This document shows positions 19,148-28,316 of a stretch of 64,000 nucleotides of DNA, piece by piece. The first letter of the stretch is position 1, and the number at the start of each line of letters is the position of its first letter. The notes beneath the pieces are model-generated. The model saw nothing but the letters and a program-made list of their open reading frames with translations, had not been told where the DNA came from and searched no databases. The position numbers were made by a program, and so were the translations under genes. Origin of the DNA: Oscillospiraceae bacterium (lineage in GTDB: Bacteria; Bacillota; Clostridia; Oscillospirales; Ruminococcaceae); NCBI GenBank assembly GCA_018110905.1, contig JAGBAZ010000035.1, positions 20,767 through 84,766 of the forward strand, read 5' to 3'.

Positions 19148-20875
19148 ATGACAGAAGAAAACGTCAAAAAAAGAGAATGGGTCAAAAACGCCGCGATAAT
19201 TTTTCTCAGCGTTCTTCTTGTTCTGACCTTTTTTTCCAACACTTTCATGAACTATTCCCTTCCGGAAGTTTCAACCCAATATGTTATGAGCGGAAGCATT
19301 AACACAAAGATCCGCGGAAACGGAACTGTTTCGGCAAATGAAGAATATTCCGTTGAAACCGAATTCGGAAGAAAAGTCGAAACTGTCTGTGTCCAGGTGG
19401 GGCAGAACGTAAGCGCCGGAGATATCCTTTTTGTTCTTGGTGAAAGCGACAGCGATGAACTTGAACAGGCAAAGGAAACCCTTTACGATATGGAACTTGC
19501 TTACCAGAAACAGCTTCTTCAGGCTTCGCTTGAAAGCGGAAGCGACCTTGGAAGAGATGTTGATGAAGCAAGAAAAGCCCTTTCAAAAGCCAAGGAAAAG
19601 GCCGCGGAGCTCAAACCTTCCGCAACCGGTTCCGAAGCCGCAGTAAAAAGTGCCAAAGCGGTTCTTGACGAAAAAATCAAATACAAAGAAGAAAACCGCC
19701 TTGAAGAAAAATATAGTGAAGCCGCCGCTGCAATAGATACCCTTACCGGCGATGAAGCGGTTTCCGAAGAAATAAAAAGATATCAGCAGCTTTTTGACGA
19801 AGCGGAAGAAAATTTTAATTCTGCAAACGTTGAAAGAGCAAAATATCCCGCAGACAGCGAAGAATATAAAAAATATGACAGCGCCGCAACCGAATGGAAA
19901 AAGGCAATGGATAATTACAGCGCCGAACTTCTTCGTCTTTCTTCGGAATCTGAAAATCTCAAAAACGTATATAACAGTCTTTATGAAGACATGATCTCCG
20001 CAAAGGAGGCCCTTGATTCCGCCGATTCGGAAATTGCCGAAGCACAGGCCGCTTATGACACAGCCGTTTCTAACCTTGAAAATTATGAAGCAAAGGCCGA
20101 GGCTTATAAAAACGCCCTTGAAGAAGTTGAAAATGCCCAGAAAAATCTGAGCATTGCCCTTGATAGCCTTGAATCAAAACTTAAAGCGGACGAAATTGCC
20201 GAAAAGATCCAGGATCTTGATTTTTCCGATATGAAACGCGATATCGAAAAGCAGCGTGAAAAAGTTGCAGAACTTTCCGGCACCGGTGATGGCAACGAGA
20301 TCATAGCCAAAGTAGGCGGCAAAATCACCGAAATAAACGTTAAAGCCGGCGAAACCGCCGAAGCCGGAACTCCCCTTGCAATGATCGAACTCAGCGACCG
20401 CGGTTACACCGTGAGCATCCAGGTCACCGCCGAGCAAGCAAAAAAAGTTGCCATCGGTGATACGGCGGAAGTGAGCACCTATTGGTGGGGAAGCCAGATA
20501 AGCGCCGTGCTCACCGATATAAAAAACGATGCTCAAAGCGGCGGAAGAAACAAATTCCTTGTTTTCGATCTTTCCGGCGATATTGAACCCGGAATGAATG
20601 TTGATATTGCTGTTGGCCAGCGCAGCCAGAATTATGAAGCCATTGTTCCCAACAGCGCAGTAAGAAGCGACAGCAACGGAAGCTTTGTTCTTATCATCAC
20701 CACAAAAAACAGTCCCCTTGGCAACAGATACACCGCCACCCGTGTTGATGTCCAGGTTCTTGCCAAAGATGACATAAATTCCGCGGTTTCCGGAATCGGA
20801 AACGGAGAATACGTTATCACAACCTCTTCCGCCCCTATCGAATCCGGAATGCTTGTACGCATGGCCGAGGGTTAA
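19148..20875 (+). CDS. HlyD/membrane-fusion-protein-family periplasmic adaptor with a long coiled coil
   Basis: N-terminal TM, a lipoyl-like segment (VETVCVQVGQNVSAGDILFVL ... KITEINVKAGETAEAGTPLAMIE), and about 300 aa of coiled coil between the two halves. Confidence 0.78.
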   Translation: MTEENVKKREWVKNAAIIFLSVLLVLTFFSNTFMNYSLPEVSTQYVMSGSINTKIRGNGTVSANEEYSVETEFGRKVETVCVQVGQNVSAGDILFVLGESDSDELEQAKETLYDMELAYQKQLLQASLESGSDLGRDVDEARKALSKAKEKAAELKPSATGSEAAVKSAKAVLDEKIKYKEENRLEEKYSEAAAAIDTLTGDEAVSEEIKRYQQLFDEAEENFNSANVERAKYPADSEEYKKYDSAATEWKKAMDNYSAELLRLSSESENLKNVYNSLYEDMISAKEALDSADSEIAEAQAAYDTAVSNLENYEAKAEAYKNALEEVENAQKNLSIALDSLESKLKADEIAEKIQDLDFSDMKRDIEKQREKVAELSGTGDGNEIIAKVGGKITEINVKAGETAEAGTPLAMIELSDRGYTVSIQVTAEQAKKVAIGDTAEVSTYWWGSQISAVLTDIKNDAQSGGRNKFLVFDLSGDIEPGMNVDIAVGQRSQNYEAIVPNSAVRSDSNGSFVLIITTKNSPLGNRYTATRVDVQVLAKDDINSAVSGIGNGEYVITTSSAPIESGMLVRMAEG

Positions 20876-20886
20876 GGTGAAACTTT

Positions 20887-21957
20887 ATGGATTGGATCAG
20901 ACAGCATAAAAAACTTTTTATAATCAATCTGGTTCTTGTTTTTCTTTCCGTTCTTTGCTTTTTTGGTTTTGCTTCTGTTTCCGGAACTCTGGATCACACA
21001 AATTCTGCTGAAAGATGGACCGGTGAAAGCGAAATTTCTTATTCGCATATCGCCTGTTTCATGCCGGTGAATTATAAAATCGACGAAAATTCGGTTTATT
21101 CTTTTAAGCGGACGGTCGATCTTAAGATGGTCGAAGCTTCCATCGAAGCTTCCGAAAACGGAAACCTCTGGAACTTTGCATATTGCGGAAGCGGTCTTGT
21201 AAACGCTTCCACCGAAAGAGGTTCCGCTGAAATCTGCGCGGTCGGAATCGGAGGAGATTTCTTCTTTTTCCATCAGCCGGTTCTCCTTTGCGGAAATTAC
21301 ATAAGCGGAAACGATCTTATGCAGGACGGCGTTGTTATAGACAAGGACCTTGCATGGAAACTTTTCGGCGCAACGGAAGTTGCCGGAATGGAACTTCTTA
21401 TAAACGGAAACAGATATTATGTTGCCGGTGTTATTGAAGCAGACGATGATTTTGCAAGTTCAAAAGCAAAAACAGCCTCCGGCGGCCTTTATATGTCCTA
21501 CAGCAAACTTTCCGAACTTACCGATGAAGGGATAGATTTTTATGAAGCCGTTGTTCCAAGCCCGGTTTCCGGCTTTGCAGAAAATCTTTTCAGGGAAAGT
21601 TTTCCTCAGAAAGACTGCGAAATAATCGAAGTTAACAAACGTTACGGAATAAAGAATATGTTCCGCGTAATAACTTCCTTCGGAACCCGCTCCATGAGGA
21701 CCGACGGAATCATCTTTCCCGAATGGGAAAACGCCGCAAGGCTTACCGAAGATTATTGCGCCGCTTTTCTTCTCTTTGCAGTAATTCTCCTTATTTCGCC
21801 CCTTGTTTTCGGTTTTATTGTTTTGCGCAGATACGGAAAAATCGGTTTCAAAAAACTTTGGGTCTTTACAAAAGAAAAAGCAGAAAAACTTTACGATGAC
21901 CACAACCGAAAGATTTACGAACGGAATCTCCGGGAAAAAGAAAACAATAATCAATGA
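20887..21957 (+). CDS. MacB-like periplasmic-core-domain membrane protein (lacks the FtsX TM2-4 bundle)
   Basis: TM1, then an extracytoplasmic domain resembling the MacB PCD (VVIDKDLAWKLFGATEVAGMELLINGNRYYVAGVIE), then a single further TM and a charged tail. Confidence 0.55.
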   Translation: MDWIRQHKKLFIINLVLVFLSVLCFFGFASVSGTLDHTNSAERWTGESEISYSHIACFMPVNYKIDENSVYSFKRTVDLKMVEASIEASENGNLWNFAYCGSGLVNASTERGSAEICAVGIGGDFFFFHQPVLLCGNYISGNDLMQDGVVIDKDLAWKLFGATEVAGMELLINGNRYYVAGVIEADDDFASSKAKTASGGLYMSYSKLSELTDEGIDFYEAVVPSPVSGFAENLFRESFPQKDCEIIEVNKRYGIKNMFRVITSFGTRSMRTDGIIFPEWENAARLTEDYCAAFLLFAVILLISPLVFGFIVLRRYGKIGFKKLWVFTKEKAEKLYDDHNRKIYERNLREKENNNQ

Positions 21958-21961
21958 TAAA

Positions 21962-22000
21962 AGCGGAGCATTTTCAAAGGAAAATGCTCCGCTTTTTTTT
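21962..22000 (+). terminator. rho-independent terminator
   Basis: 13-bp perfect stem agcggagcatttt/aaaatgctccgct, loop caaagg, then a T7 run. Confidence 0.8.
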
Positions 22001-22066
22001 CGGCTCAAAAGATGCAAATTATGCCAAATCCTGTCGATTTTGCGATGATAATGTGATATACTTAAA

Positions 22067-23437
22067 ATGAAAAAAGTATGTACGAAAGGAATTTTAAAAA
22101 TGGCCGTTAAAATAACTTTCAAACAAATACTATCCATGTTGTTGGCTTTTCTGGCGGTACTGCCGCTGGCCGGATGTACAGACAGTGAAATATCCGAAAA
22201 CAGCCGGACCGACCCATTGGAAACGGTGACCATACTATATGAGCCCAAACCCGAAGTTCCTTCCGAGCCGGAAGTGCCGCCGGAACCGGAATATGTTTAC
22301 CGCAACACTTTTGAACAAAACCGCGAAGCCGCGGATGCAGCCGTTGACGAAATTGCAAAGTCCTACGGCGTTATGGGCTGCAGCGTGGCGGTTTTTGAAA
22401 AAAACAGCATAGTTTACACCCATTCCTATGGAATCGCGCGCTATAACGGCCTTGTCAAAGACGGCGAAAAGTGGTCCCACACTTATACAAAATCCTATGC
22501 CGACGAAAACACAAAGTACCGTGTGGCATCTATTTCCAAACTGGTCACAACTTTTTTGGCAATGCAGCTTGTGGATAAAGGCGAGCTGAACCTTGAGGAT
22601 GATATTGCACAGCTGATAAACCCTGCCCTTCAAAATCCCTATTACCCCGAAACCCCAACAACGGTTGAAATGCTTATGTCCCACACTTCCGGAATAGTTG
22701 ACGGAGGAGGCTGGGATTATGCCGTTTCTCATGTACCTTTTCCGTCGCTTGATAAAGTTATCAAACGCGGCGTTTTCAGCGGCGACCGCCCCGGAGAAAA
22801 ATACTGTTACAGCAACATCGGAATGGGTCTTGTTGCCGGAGCCATTGAGCAGGCAAGCGGGCAGCGTTTTTATGATTATGCCGATTCCGCCTTGTTTGAA
22901 CCCATGGGAATCGACGCTGCCTATATGACCGATTACATCGAAGACCGGGGAAGCATTGCGGAACTTCGCCAGGTCGATCCTCTTTCCTGGGGCAAAATGG
23001 AAAGATATTATACCGCAAACATTCCGCTTGGGCAGATGTATCTTCTTGGACAGGCAGAACTTTACATAAGCGCACCCGATCTTGCGCGTATTGCCATAAT
23101 CCTTGCCGGCGACGGAACTTATGAGAAAAAAACTTACCTCAGCCGGGAAAGCCTTGAAAGTATGCATAAAGAACATGCCTTTGATGCAGAAACAAACATG
23201 ACCCGCGGCCTTGCGGTGCAAATCACTCCGGATATTCTGGAAGGCGTAACATTATACGGACATCAGGGAAATGCCTACGGTTCAATTTCCTGCGTGTTCT
23301 ATGATCCAAAAACGTCCTGCGGCGTTGTATTTTTGACAAACGGCGCAAGTGCAATGAAAGAAAACAATATTTACAGCGTGAACGATGCAATTGTTAAAGA
23401 AATGTGGAAATATCTTCAACCGGAGGGAAAACAATGA
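22067..23437 (+). CDS. beta-lactamase-family serine hydrolase lipoprotein (class C / PBP4*-like)
   Basis: Lipobox LPLAGC, S-x-x-K motif (ASISK) and Y-x-N motif (CYSNIG). Confidence 0.82.
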   Translation: MKKVCTKGILKMAVKITFKQILSMLLAFLAVLPLAGCTDSEISENSRTDPLETVTILYEPKPEVPSEPEVPPEPEYVYRNTFEQNREAADAAVDEIAKSYGVMGCSVAVFEKNSIVYTHSYGIARYNGLVKDGEKWSHTYTKSYADENTKYRVASISKLVTTFLAMQLVDKGELNLEDDIAQLINPALQNPYYPETPTTVEMLMSHTSGIVDGGGWDYAVSHVPFPSLDKVIKRGVFSGDRPGEKYCYSNIGMGLVAGAIEQASGQRFYDYADSALFEPMGIDAAYMTDYIEDRGSIAELRQVDPLSWGKMERYYTANIPLGQMYLLGQAELYISAPDLARIAIILAGDGTYEKKTYLSRESLESMHKEHAFDAETNMTRGLAVQITPDILEGVTLYGHQGNAYGSISCVFYDPKTSCGVVFLTNGASAMKENNIYSVNDAIVKEMWKYLQPEGKQ

Positions 23438-24639
23438 AAAAAATGTTGCTGCGGTTTTTATCCGTGATTATCATTTTGGGCTGCTGCGGCTGTAACAGCC
23501 AGCCTTCGGCTCCAAAGGAAGAAAACCTTCCTTCACCGGAATCGGTTTCCGTAACGGAAGAAGCTCCTGCGGAAGAAGAAACTCCGGAGGATATCATCAG
23601 CGAAGCAACGCTGCTGGCCGTTGGGGATAACCTTATCCACGATGTGATTTATTATCAGGCCGCAAAGCGTACCGACGACGGCAGCTATGATTTCCTGCCG
23701 GTTTATGAACAGGTCCGGGAACAAATTTCTGCGGCTGACCTTGCTTATATCAACCAGGAAACACAGATGGCCAAAAGCAAGGAACCTTCCACCTATCCCA
23801 TGTTCAATACGCCCACCGAAATGGCAGAAAACCTTTCGGAACTCGGGTTCGATGTAATCAATCTGGCAAACAACCATATGCTTGATAAAGGTGTTTCGGG
23901 ACTTCGCGAAACAATAGAACTTCTTCACGCTACAGATGGCATTTCCGCTGTAATCGGGGCTTATGATGCTCCTGAAGGATATGGCGAACCTGTTGTTATC
24001 GAAAAAAACGGAATCAAATTCGGATTCGTCGGCTTTACCCAGCACACAAACGGTTTGCCTTTGCCCAAAGATAATTCCGGCATGATTGTTTATACCGATA
24101 ATACCGATGAAATGCACCGCCAGATACAGGAGCTTAAAGCCATTTCGGACGTTGTGATAGTTTCGGTGCATTGGGGCGATGAAGGTTCAAACAAACCGAA
24201 TGACTATCAGCGCGAACTGGCAAAGCAGTTTGCTGACTGGGGAGTTGATATCGTAATCGGAACGCACCCCCATGTTCTGCAGTCCGTCGAATATGTGGCG
24301 AACGAAAGCGGCGGCAAAACCCTGGTGTTCTATTCTCTTGGAAATTTTGTTTCCGCCCAGATTGACCCCGCCAACCTTATTGGCGGAATCGCACAGATCA
24401 CGGTTACCAAAAACCACACCACCGGCGAAGTTTCCGTTTCCGCTCCGGAACTAAACTTTGTCATCACCCAATATGGCTCCGGCTTCAGAGATCTGCATTT
24501 GGTCCCGCTTGAAAATTACACCGAAGAGCAGGCGGCCCAACATGGTATCGTTCTTAAATACGGAAAACGGTTTGATTTGGATTACATAAAAATTTTTATT
24601 GACCAGACCGTTGACAGCCGCTTTTTACCGCAGCAATAA
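23434..24639 (+). CDS. CapA-family (PGA_cap) metallophosphatase-like lipoprotein
   Basis: Start at ATG 23434 (MKKMLLRFLSVIIILGCCGC) overlapping the upstream stop (ATGA), with a GGAGGG RBS. Motifs AVGDNLIHD, NLANNHMLD, SVHWGDE, GTHPHVLQ. Confidence 0.82.
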   Translation: MKKMLLRFLSVIIILGCCGCNSQPSAPKEENLPSPESVSVTEEAPAEEETPEDIISEATLLAVGDNLIHDVIYYQAAKRTDDGSYDFLPVYEQVREQISAADLAYINQETQMAKSKEPSTYPMFNTPTEMAENLSELGFDVINLANNHMLDKGVSGLRETIELLHATDGISAVIGAYDAPEGYGEPVVIEKNGIKFGFVGFTQHTNGLPLPKDNSGMIVYTDNTDEMHRQIQELKAISDVVIVSVHWGDEGSNKPNDYQRELAKQFADWGVDIVIGTHPHVLQSVEYVANESGGKTLVFYSLGNFVSAQIDPANLIGGIAQITVTKNHTTGEVSVSAPELNFVITQYGSGFRDLHLVPLENYTEEQAAQHGIVLKYGKRFDLDYIKIFIDQTVDSRFLPQQ

Positions 24640-24670
24640 AAAACAACCGATCTTATCGGAAACAACAAAA

Positions 24671-24699
24671 AAGAACCGGAAATTTTCCGGTTCTTTTTT
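24671..24699 (+). terminator. rho-independent terminator after capA-like gene
   Basis: Palindrome aagaaccgg...ccggttctt followed by a T-run. Confidence 0.7.
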
Positions 24700-24972
24700 A
24701 TTGTCCGGAAGATAATCCTCCATTATATTTATCTGCTTGCTTTTCCGTTCCAATCATTTGCAGATTTTGGTTCACGCTCTTCTCTTGCAAAATTTTCTGT
24801 GAAAAATCGGATTTTTAATGCTGTTTTGCAATGATGGTGCATTTTTGGTGCACGTATCAGCTATCTGTTGGTGCGTTTTTGTCTTTATCGGGTTGTTTTT
24901 ATCCATAGATGTGCTAAAATTTACCCATAACCTCGGTTATGATGAGTTCATAACATAGAAAGAGGTGCTTTT

Positions 24973-26008
24973 ATGAACAGCTTTGATAACATCATCGGTT
25001 TCCGCTCCGTCCATCGTTTTCCTTGATGACATGGATAAATTCGCAAACGAAGATGAACTCCACCCCGATTCGGAAGAATATGTGGCTGTCCAGGCCTGTA
25101 TCGATGAAGTTAAAAAACACGACGTTTTCGTTCTTGCCACCGCTAACAGAATCCACCATCTTCCGGATTCCCTTCTCCGTGCGGGAAGATTCGACCGGGT
25201 CATTGAAATCGAAAGTCCTTCTGAAGAAGATGCAGTTAAAATAATCGGACATTATCTTAAAGATAAAAAGGTATCCAAAGATATCGATTTAAGATTCATA
25301 ACAAGAATTCTTAATGAAAGATCCTGCGCGGAACTTGAAACTATCATAAACGAAGCGGGAATCTGTGCCGGATTCGATAAAAGCCCAGTCATCACAAAAA
25401 AGCATTTTATAGATGCCTGCCTTAAAACAGTTTTTCATTCCCCGGTCGATGCTTTTGACGGAGAGAAAAACGACAGTTTTAAAAGAAAACTTGTGGCCTA
25501 TCACGAAGCGGGACACGCCCTTATAAACGAAATCCTTGAACCCGGAAGCGTTACCCTTGCTGTTATGTACAGAAACATAAACAAATACGGCGGATTTGTT
25601 TCCGCAAACTATCCGAAAGACCGGAACCCGATTCCTAAGCAGAAAAACAAAGCCATGGTAACTCTCGGCGGAATGGCTTCCATTGAACATACCTTCGGAA
25701 TCCACGACGGCGGCGCCAGCAATGACCTTGACCGCGCTTTTAACATAGTAGAAGACCTCATAAAAAATCAATGCATTTCCGGTTTTCATCTTCACGGTGA
25801 TTATGAAAATTCTCCGGATCTTCTGCACAAGCAGGAAACAGCTGTTTCCTCCGAAGTTGACAGACTTTACCGAAAAACCAAGGAAATCATCGCCGCAAAC
25901 AAAGAATTTCTCGACCGCCTTGCGGCAGAACTTCTGGAAAATGAAATTCTCGATATGTACGATATCGAGAGAATAAAAAACGAAATCAAAAAACAAAAAG
26001 CTGTTTAA
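24973..26008 (+). pseudogene. FtsH-like AAA+/M41 metalloprotease remnant lacking the Walker A region (internal deletion plus frameshift)
   Basis: ATG 24973 with an AGAGGTG RBS encodes MNSFDNIIG (AAA entry motif F-D-D/N-V/I-x-G) but stops after 17 codons. The +1 frame continues APSIVFLDDMD (Walker B), ATANR...RAGRFDR (sensor-1 and Arg finger) and HEAGHALI (HEXXH). No P-loop and no TM segments. Confidence 0.5.
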
Positions 26009-26021
26009 AGGAGGCTGCATT

Positions 26022-26396
26022 ATGGGATATTTCTCCGAACTTGAAACCATGAACGCAAATGACCGAATGGAAACCGAGCCCACTTATCTCGAAAAGCTCA
26101 AATCCCGGCTTTGCTATCTGGAAGATAAGCTCGCCTCTCTCGAATCCAACAGAGCTGCAGACATCTGGCACGATGAAATTTTTGCCGATGCTCTTCCTCT
26201 CTATGACTATGATGAACCCGATACTGCCTCCGGTCTTTGCAAAGCTATAAGCAATATCAAGAAAAAAATCGAAGCAGAATACGACAGAAACATGCGTATG
26301 CTCGAATGGCGTCTTTCTGTTCTTCTCAACGGAGAAACTCCCGAAGGTCAGCTTGCCTTCAGCGATATGTTTTCTTTTTCCGCAGATGCGGCATAA
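26022..26396 (+). CDS. hypothetical protein (124 aa)
   Basis: AGGAGG RBS, 13 nt downstream of the FtsH-like remnant. Acidic helical protein with no recognisable motif. Confidence 0.45.
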   Translation: MGYFSELETMNANDRMETEPTYLEKLKSRLCYLEDKLASLESNRAADIWHDEIFADALPLYDYDEPDTASGLCKAISNIKKKIEAEYDRNMRMLEWRLSVLLNGETPEGQLAFSDMFSFSADAA

Positions 26397-26401
26397 ATCA
26401 T

Positions 26402-26514
26402 AACCATTAGTAAACTAGTGGTTTGCTCAGACCCCAGAAGGGTCAGTACTTGCTGACCCCTCGAAGGGGCACTGAATATTACCATTCGCTTGCCCTGCTA
26501 CTGGTAAACCAGTA
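26402..26514 (+). other. cluster of four short stem-loops in mirror order (possible structured RNA or 3' UTR element)
   Basis: H1 aaccattag-taaa-ctagtggtt (26402-26423). H2 gaccc-cagaa-gggtc (26430-26444). H3 cccc-tcgaa-gggg (26457-26469). H4 tactgg-taaa-ccagta (26499-26514). H1 resembles H4 and H2 resembles H3. Confidence 0.3.
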
Positions 26515-26640
26515 ACATTCGCCTATTGCAAAAATGCAGTTGGTCTATAACTTTTATAAAAATCTCTTGTTTTTTCAGTTTTGCAACCGCCAAACCATTT
26601 CCGAAAATACAAGAATTTTTATGCCAAGGCTGTTTATCGA

Positions 26641-26665
26641 CCCCTGGCAGAACCAGGGGTTTTGT
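26641..26665 (+). terminator. terminator-like hairpin
   Basis: cccctgg-cagaa-ccagggg followed by ttttgtt. Confidence 0.5.
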
Positions 26666-26685
26666 TAAGCCTAAAGGCAACAATA

Positions 26686-26720
26686 ATAAAAAGCCCCGAT
26701 GGATATCGGGGCTTTTTATT
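26686..26720. terminator. bidirectional rho-independent terminator
   Basis: agccccgat-ggat-atcggggct flanked by an A-run and a T-run. Sits between convergent transcription units. Confidence 0.75.
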
Positions 26721-26727
26721 AATTTTT

Positions 26728-28284
26728 TCAGAACAGCTGATCAAGCCTTCCGCTTCTGCGGAAAAGCTCAATATAAAGAAGAAGTTCTTCTCTTGAACCA
26801 ACTTCAAGTTTCTGATAAATATTTGCGTTATGTTTTCTCACCGTATTTATGCTTATGAAGCAAAGTTCCGGAATTTCGTTTATCTCTTTGCCTTCGGCGT
26901 AATATCTTATTATTGTTTTTTCCGTTGGGGTAAGAGCTTTTGCCCTTTCAAAAAACTCCGCAAAAAGTTCCTCTATGTCTTCCGGAAGCTTTTGCTTGCC
27001 TTTATCCTTTTCTTTTTCGCGGATAAAAGCAAGAAGGGTATCTATTTCGGAAATTCCCGAAACTTTTTCGCTTTTGATATTTTCAAGGCTTTCAACGATC
27101 GGTTTGACAAATTTTTTTGTAAGGAAGAATGAAGCAAATATCAAAGTTATAAAAAGGATTACCGTGCTGATGATCCAGACTATTCTGCCGCTTTGTTCCT
27201 CCTTAAGATAATATTCTTCCGGAAGAAGAGTTACCGCATAAACTTCGCTTTCGCCCTCAAGTTTGATATCAAGTTTTTGATGAAGACCGATAAACGAAGA
27301 ATCTCTTCCGATATATGTATTAAAACTTTCGCCTTCTTTGATGATAAGGTCTTCGCCGCTGCGAAGGTTAGTTCCTTCAATTCCGCCGACCATGCCTTTC
27401 GAAACCATAAGTTCATCTTCTTTAATCGGCGCAATAACGGTGACAATTCCTCCGAATTCGCTTTCCATTGCCGGATGGAAAAGGCGGAAATAAAGTTCGC
27501 TTATTTCAACTCCGCAAACACCATATACAGAACCGTCTTTTCCGATTATCGGAATCCTTAAAAGAACCATATTTTCCCAGGTTTGCGGAAGGACAGTTTT
27601 TTCTGTCCAAAAGCATTCTTCAGATATTCTTGTTCCGGAACTGTTGAAAGCTGTTTCATATCCCGGAAAATTTGAAACATCAAATTCAAGTTTCCAGCGG
27701 TTATGAAGTTCGATATCATTTTTTCTTGCAACTGCCGGAATTCCTCTGAAAAGGACCAGATCGGTATCAATTTCATTTTTTCCGCTTATATTTACAACGC
27801 GAAGATATATTCCCGCTTTTGATTTTTCCGCATTCGGCGCTTTTGTATTCGTTGTTGCATTAAAAATTATATAAGCGCCGTTGCACGGACTTGAATTAAG
27901 GATCGTATCAAGTTCGCCATACAATATCGTCTGGATTATTTCAAGGTCCTTCGGAGAATTATCAAGGGATGAAATTCCTTTTGGAAAAATTATGTTTTCA
28001 ATTATTTCGGAAGATTTTTCCGAAAGGACAATCCCTTTTGCCGTAAGAGTTGAAAATTGCTCGCTTAATTCCGCATAAGAGTTTTTTTCCTGAAAGCTAA
28101 GAATCTGCAAAGCCTTTTCTTCTGCGTTTGAAAAAACACCCGCAAAGCTCAGAATCACAAGAATCGCCGCGAAAAAAGCAAACATCATAACTCCCCAATA
28201 AAGAAGCAGCCTGTTTTGCATTTTTACGCTGTGATTTTTCGAATTTTTGGTAAGCTTTATGATTTCTCTTAAAGTCAGCTTCAA
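26728..28284 (-). CDS. membrane-anchored LuxR/GerE-family transcriptional regulator with a large extracytoplasmic domain
   Basis: TM near the N-terminus, ~330-aa extracytoplasmic region, second TM (IVWIISTVILFITLIFASFFL), and a C-terminal LuxR-type HTH (TPTEKTIIRYYAEGKEINEIPELCFISINTVRKHNANIYQKLEV). Confidence 0.78.
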   Translation of the reverse strand: MKLTLREIIKLTKNSKNHSVKMQNRLLLYWGVMMFAFFAAILVILSFAGVFSNAEEKALQILSFQEKNSYAELSEQFSTLTAKGIVLSEKSSEIIENIIFPKGISSLDNSPKDLEIIQTILYGELDTILNSSPCNGAYIIFNATTNTKAPNAEKSKAGIYLRVVNISGKNEIDTDLVLFRGIPAVARKNDIELHNRWKLEFDVSNFPGYETAFNSSGTRISEECFWTEKTVLPQTWENMVLLRIPIIGKDGSVYGVCGVEISELYFRLFHPAMESEFGGIVTVIAPIKEDELMVSKGMVGGIEGTNLRSGEDLIIKEGESFNTYIGRDSSFIGLHQKLDIKLEGESEVYAVTLLPEEYYLKEEQSGRIVWIISTVILFITLIFASFFLTKKFVKPIVESLENIKSEKVSGISEIDTLLAFIREKEKDKGKQKLPEDIEELFAEFFERAKALTPTEKTIIRYYAEGKEINEIPELCFISINTVRKHNANIYQKLEVGSREELLLYIELFRRSGRLDQLF

Positions 28285-28316
28285 TTTTCAGACCTCCCTT
28301 GGGAGTTTATAAAAAT

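Noticed and set aside
20887-21957. Calling this a complete MacB/FtsX-type ABC permease.
   Set aside because: Only two TM helices are visible. The three-helix FtsX bundle that follows the periplasmic domain in MacB-type permeases is absent, so it is described only as a PCD-containing membrane protein.
26514-26522. ACATTCGCC, a possible third copy of the island promoter motif, in the hairpin-cluster region outside the island.
   Set aside because: Only a 9-mer matches, which is expected by chance about once in a window this size. The spacing to any -10-like box differs, and no gene lies downstream.
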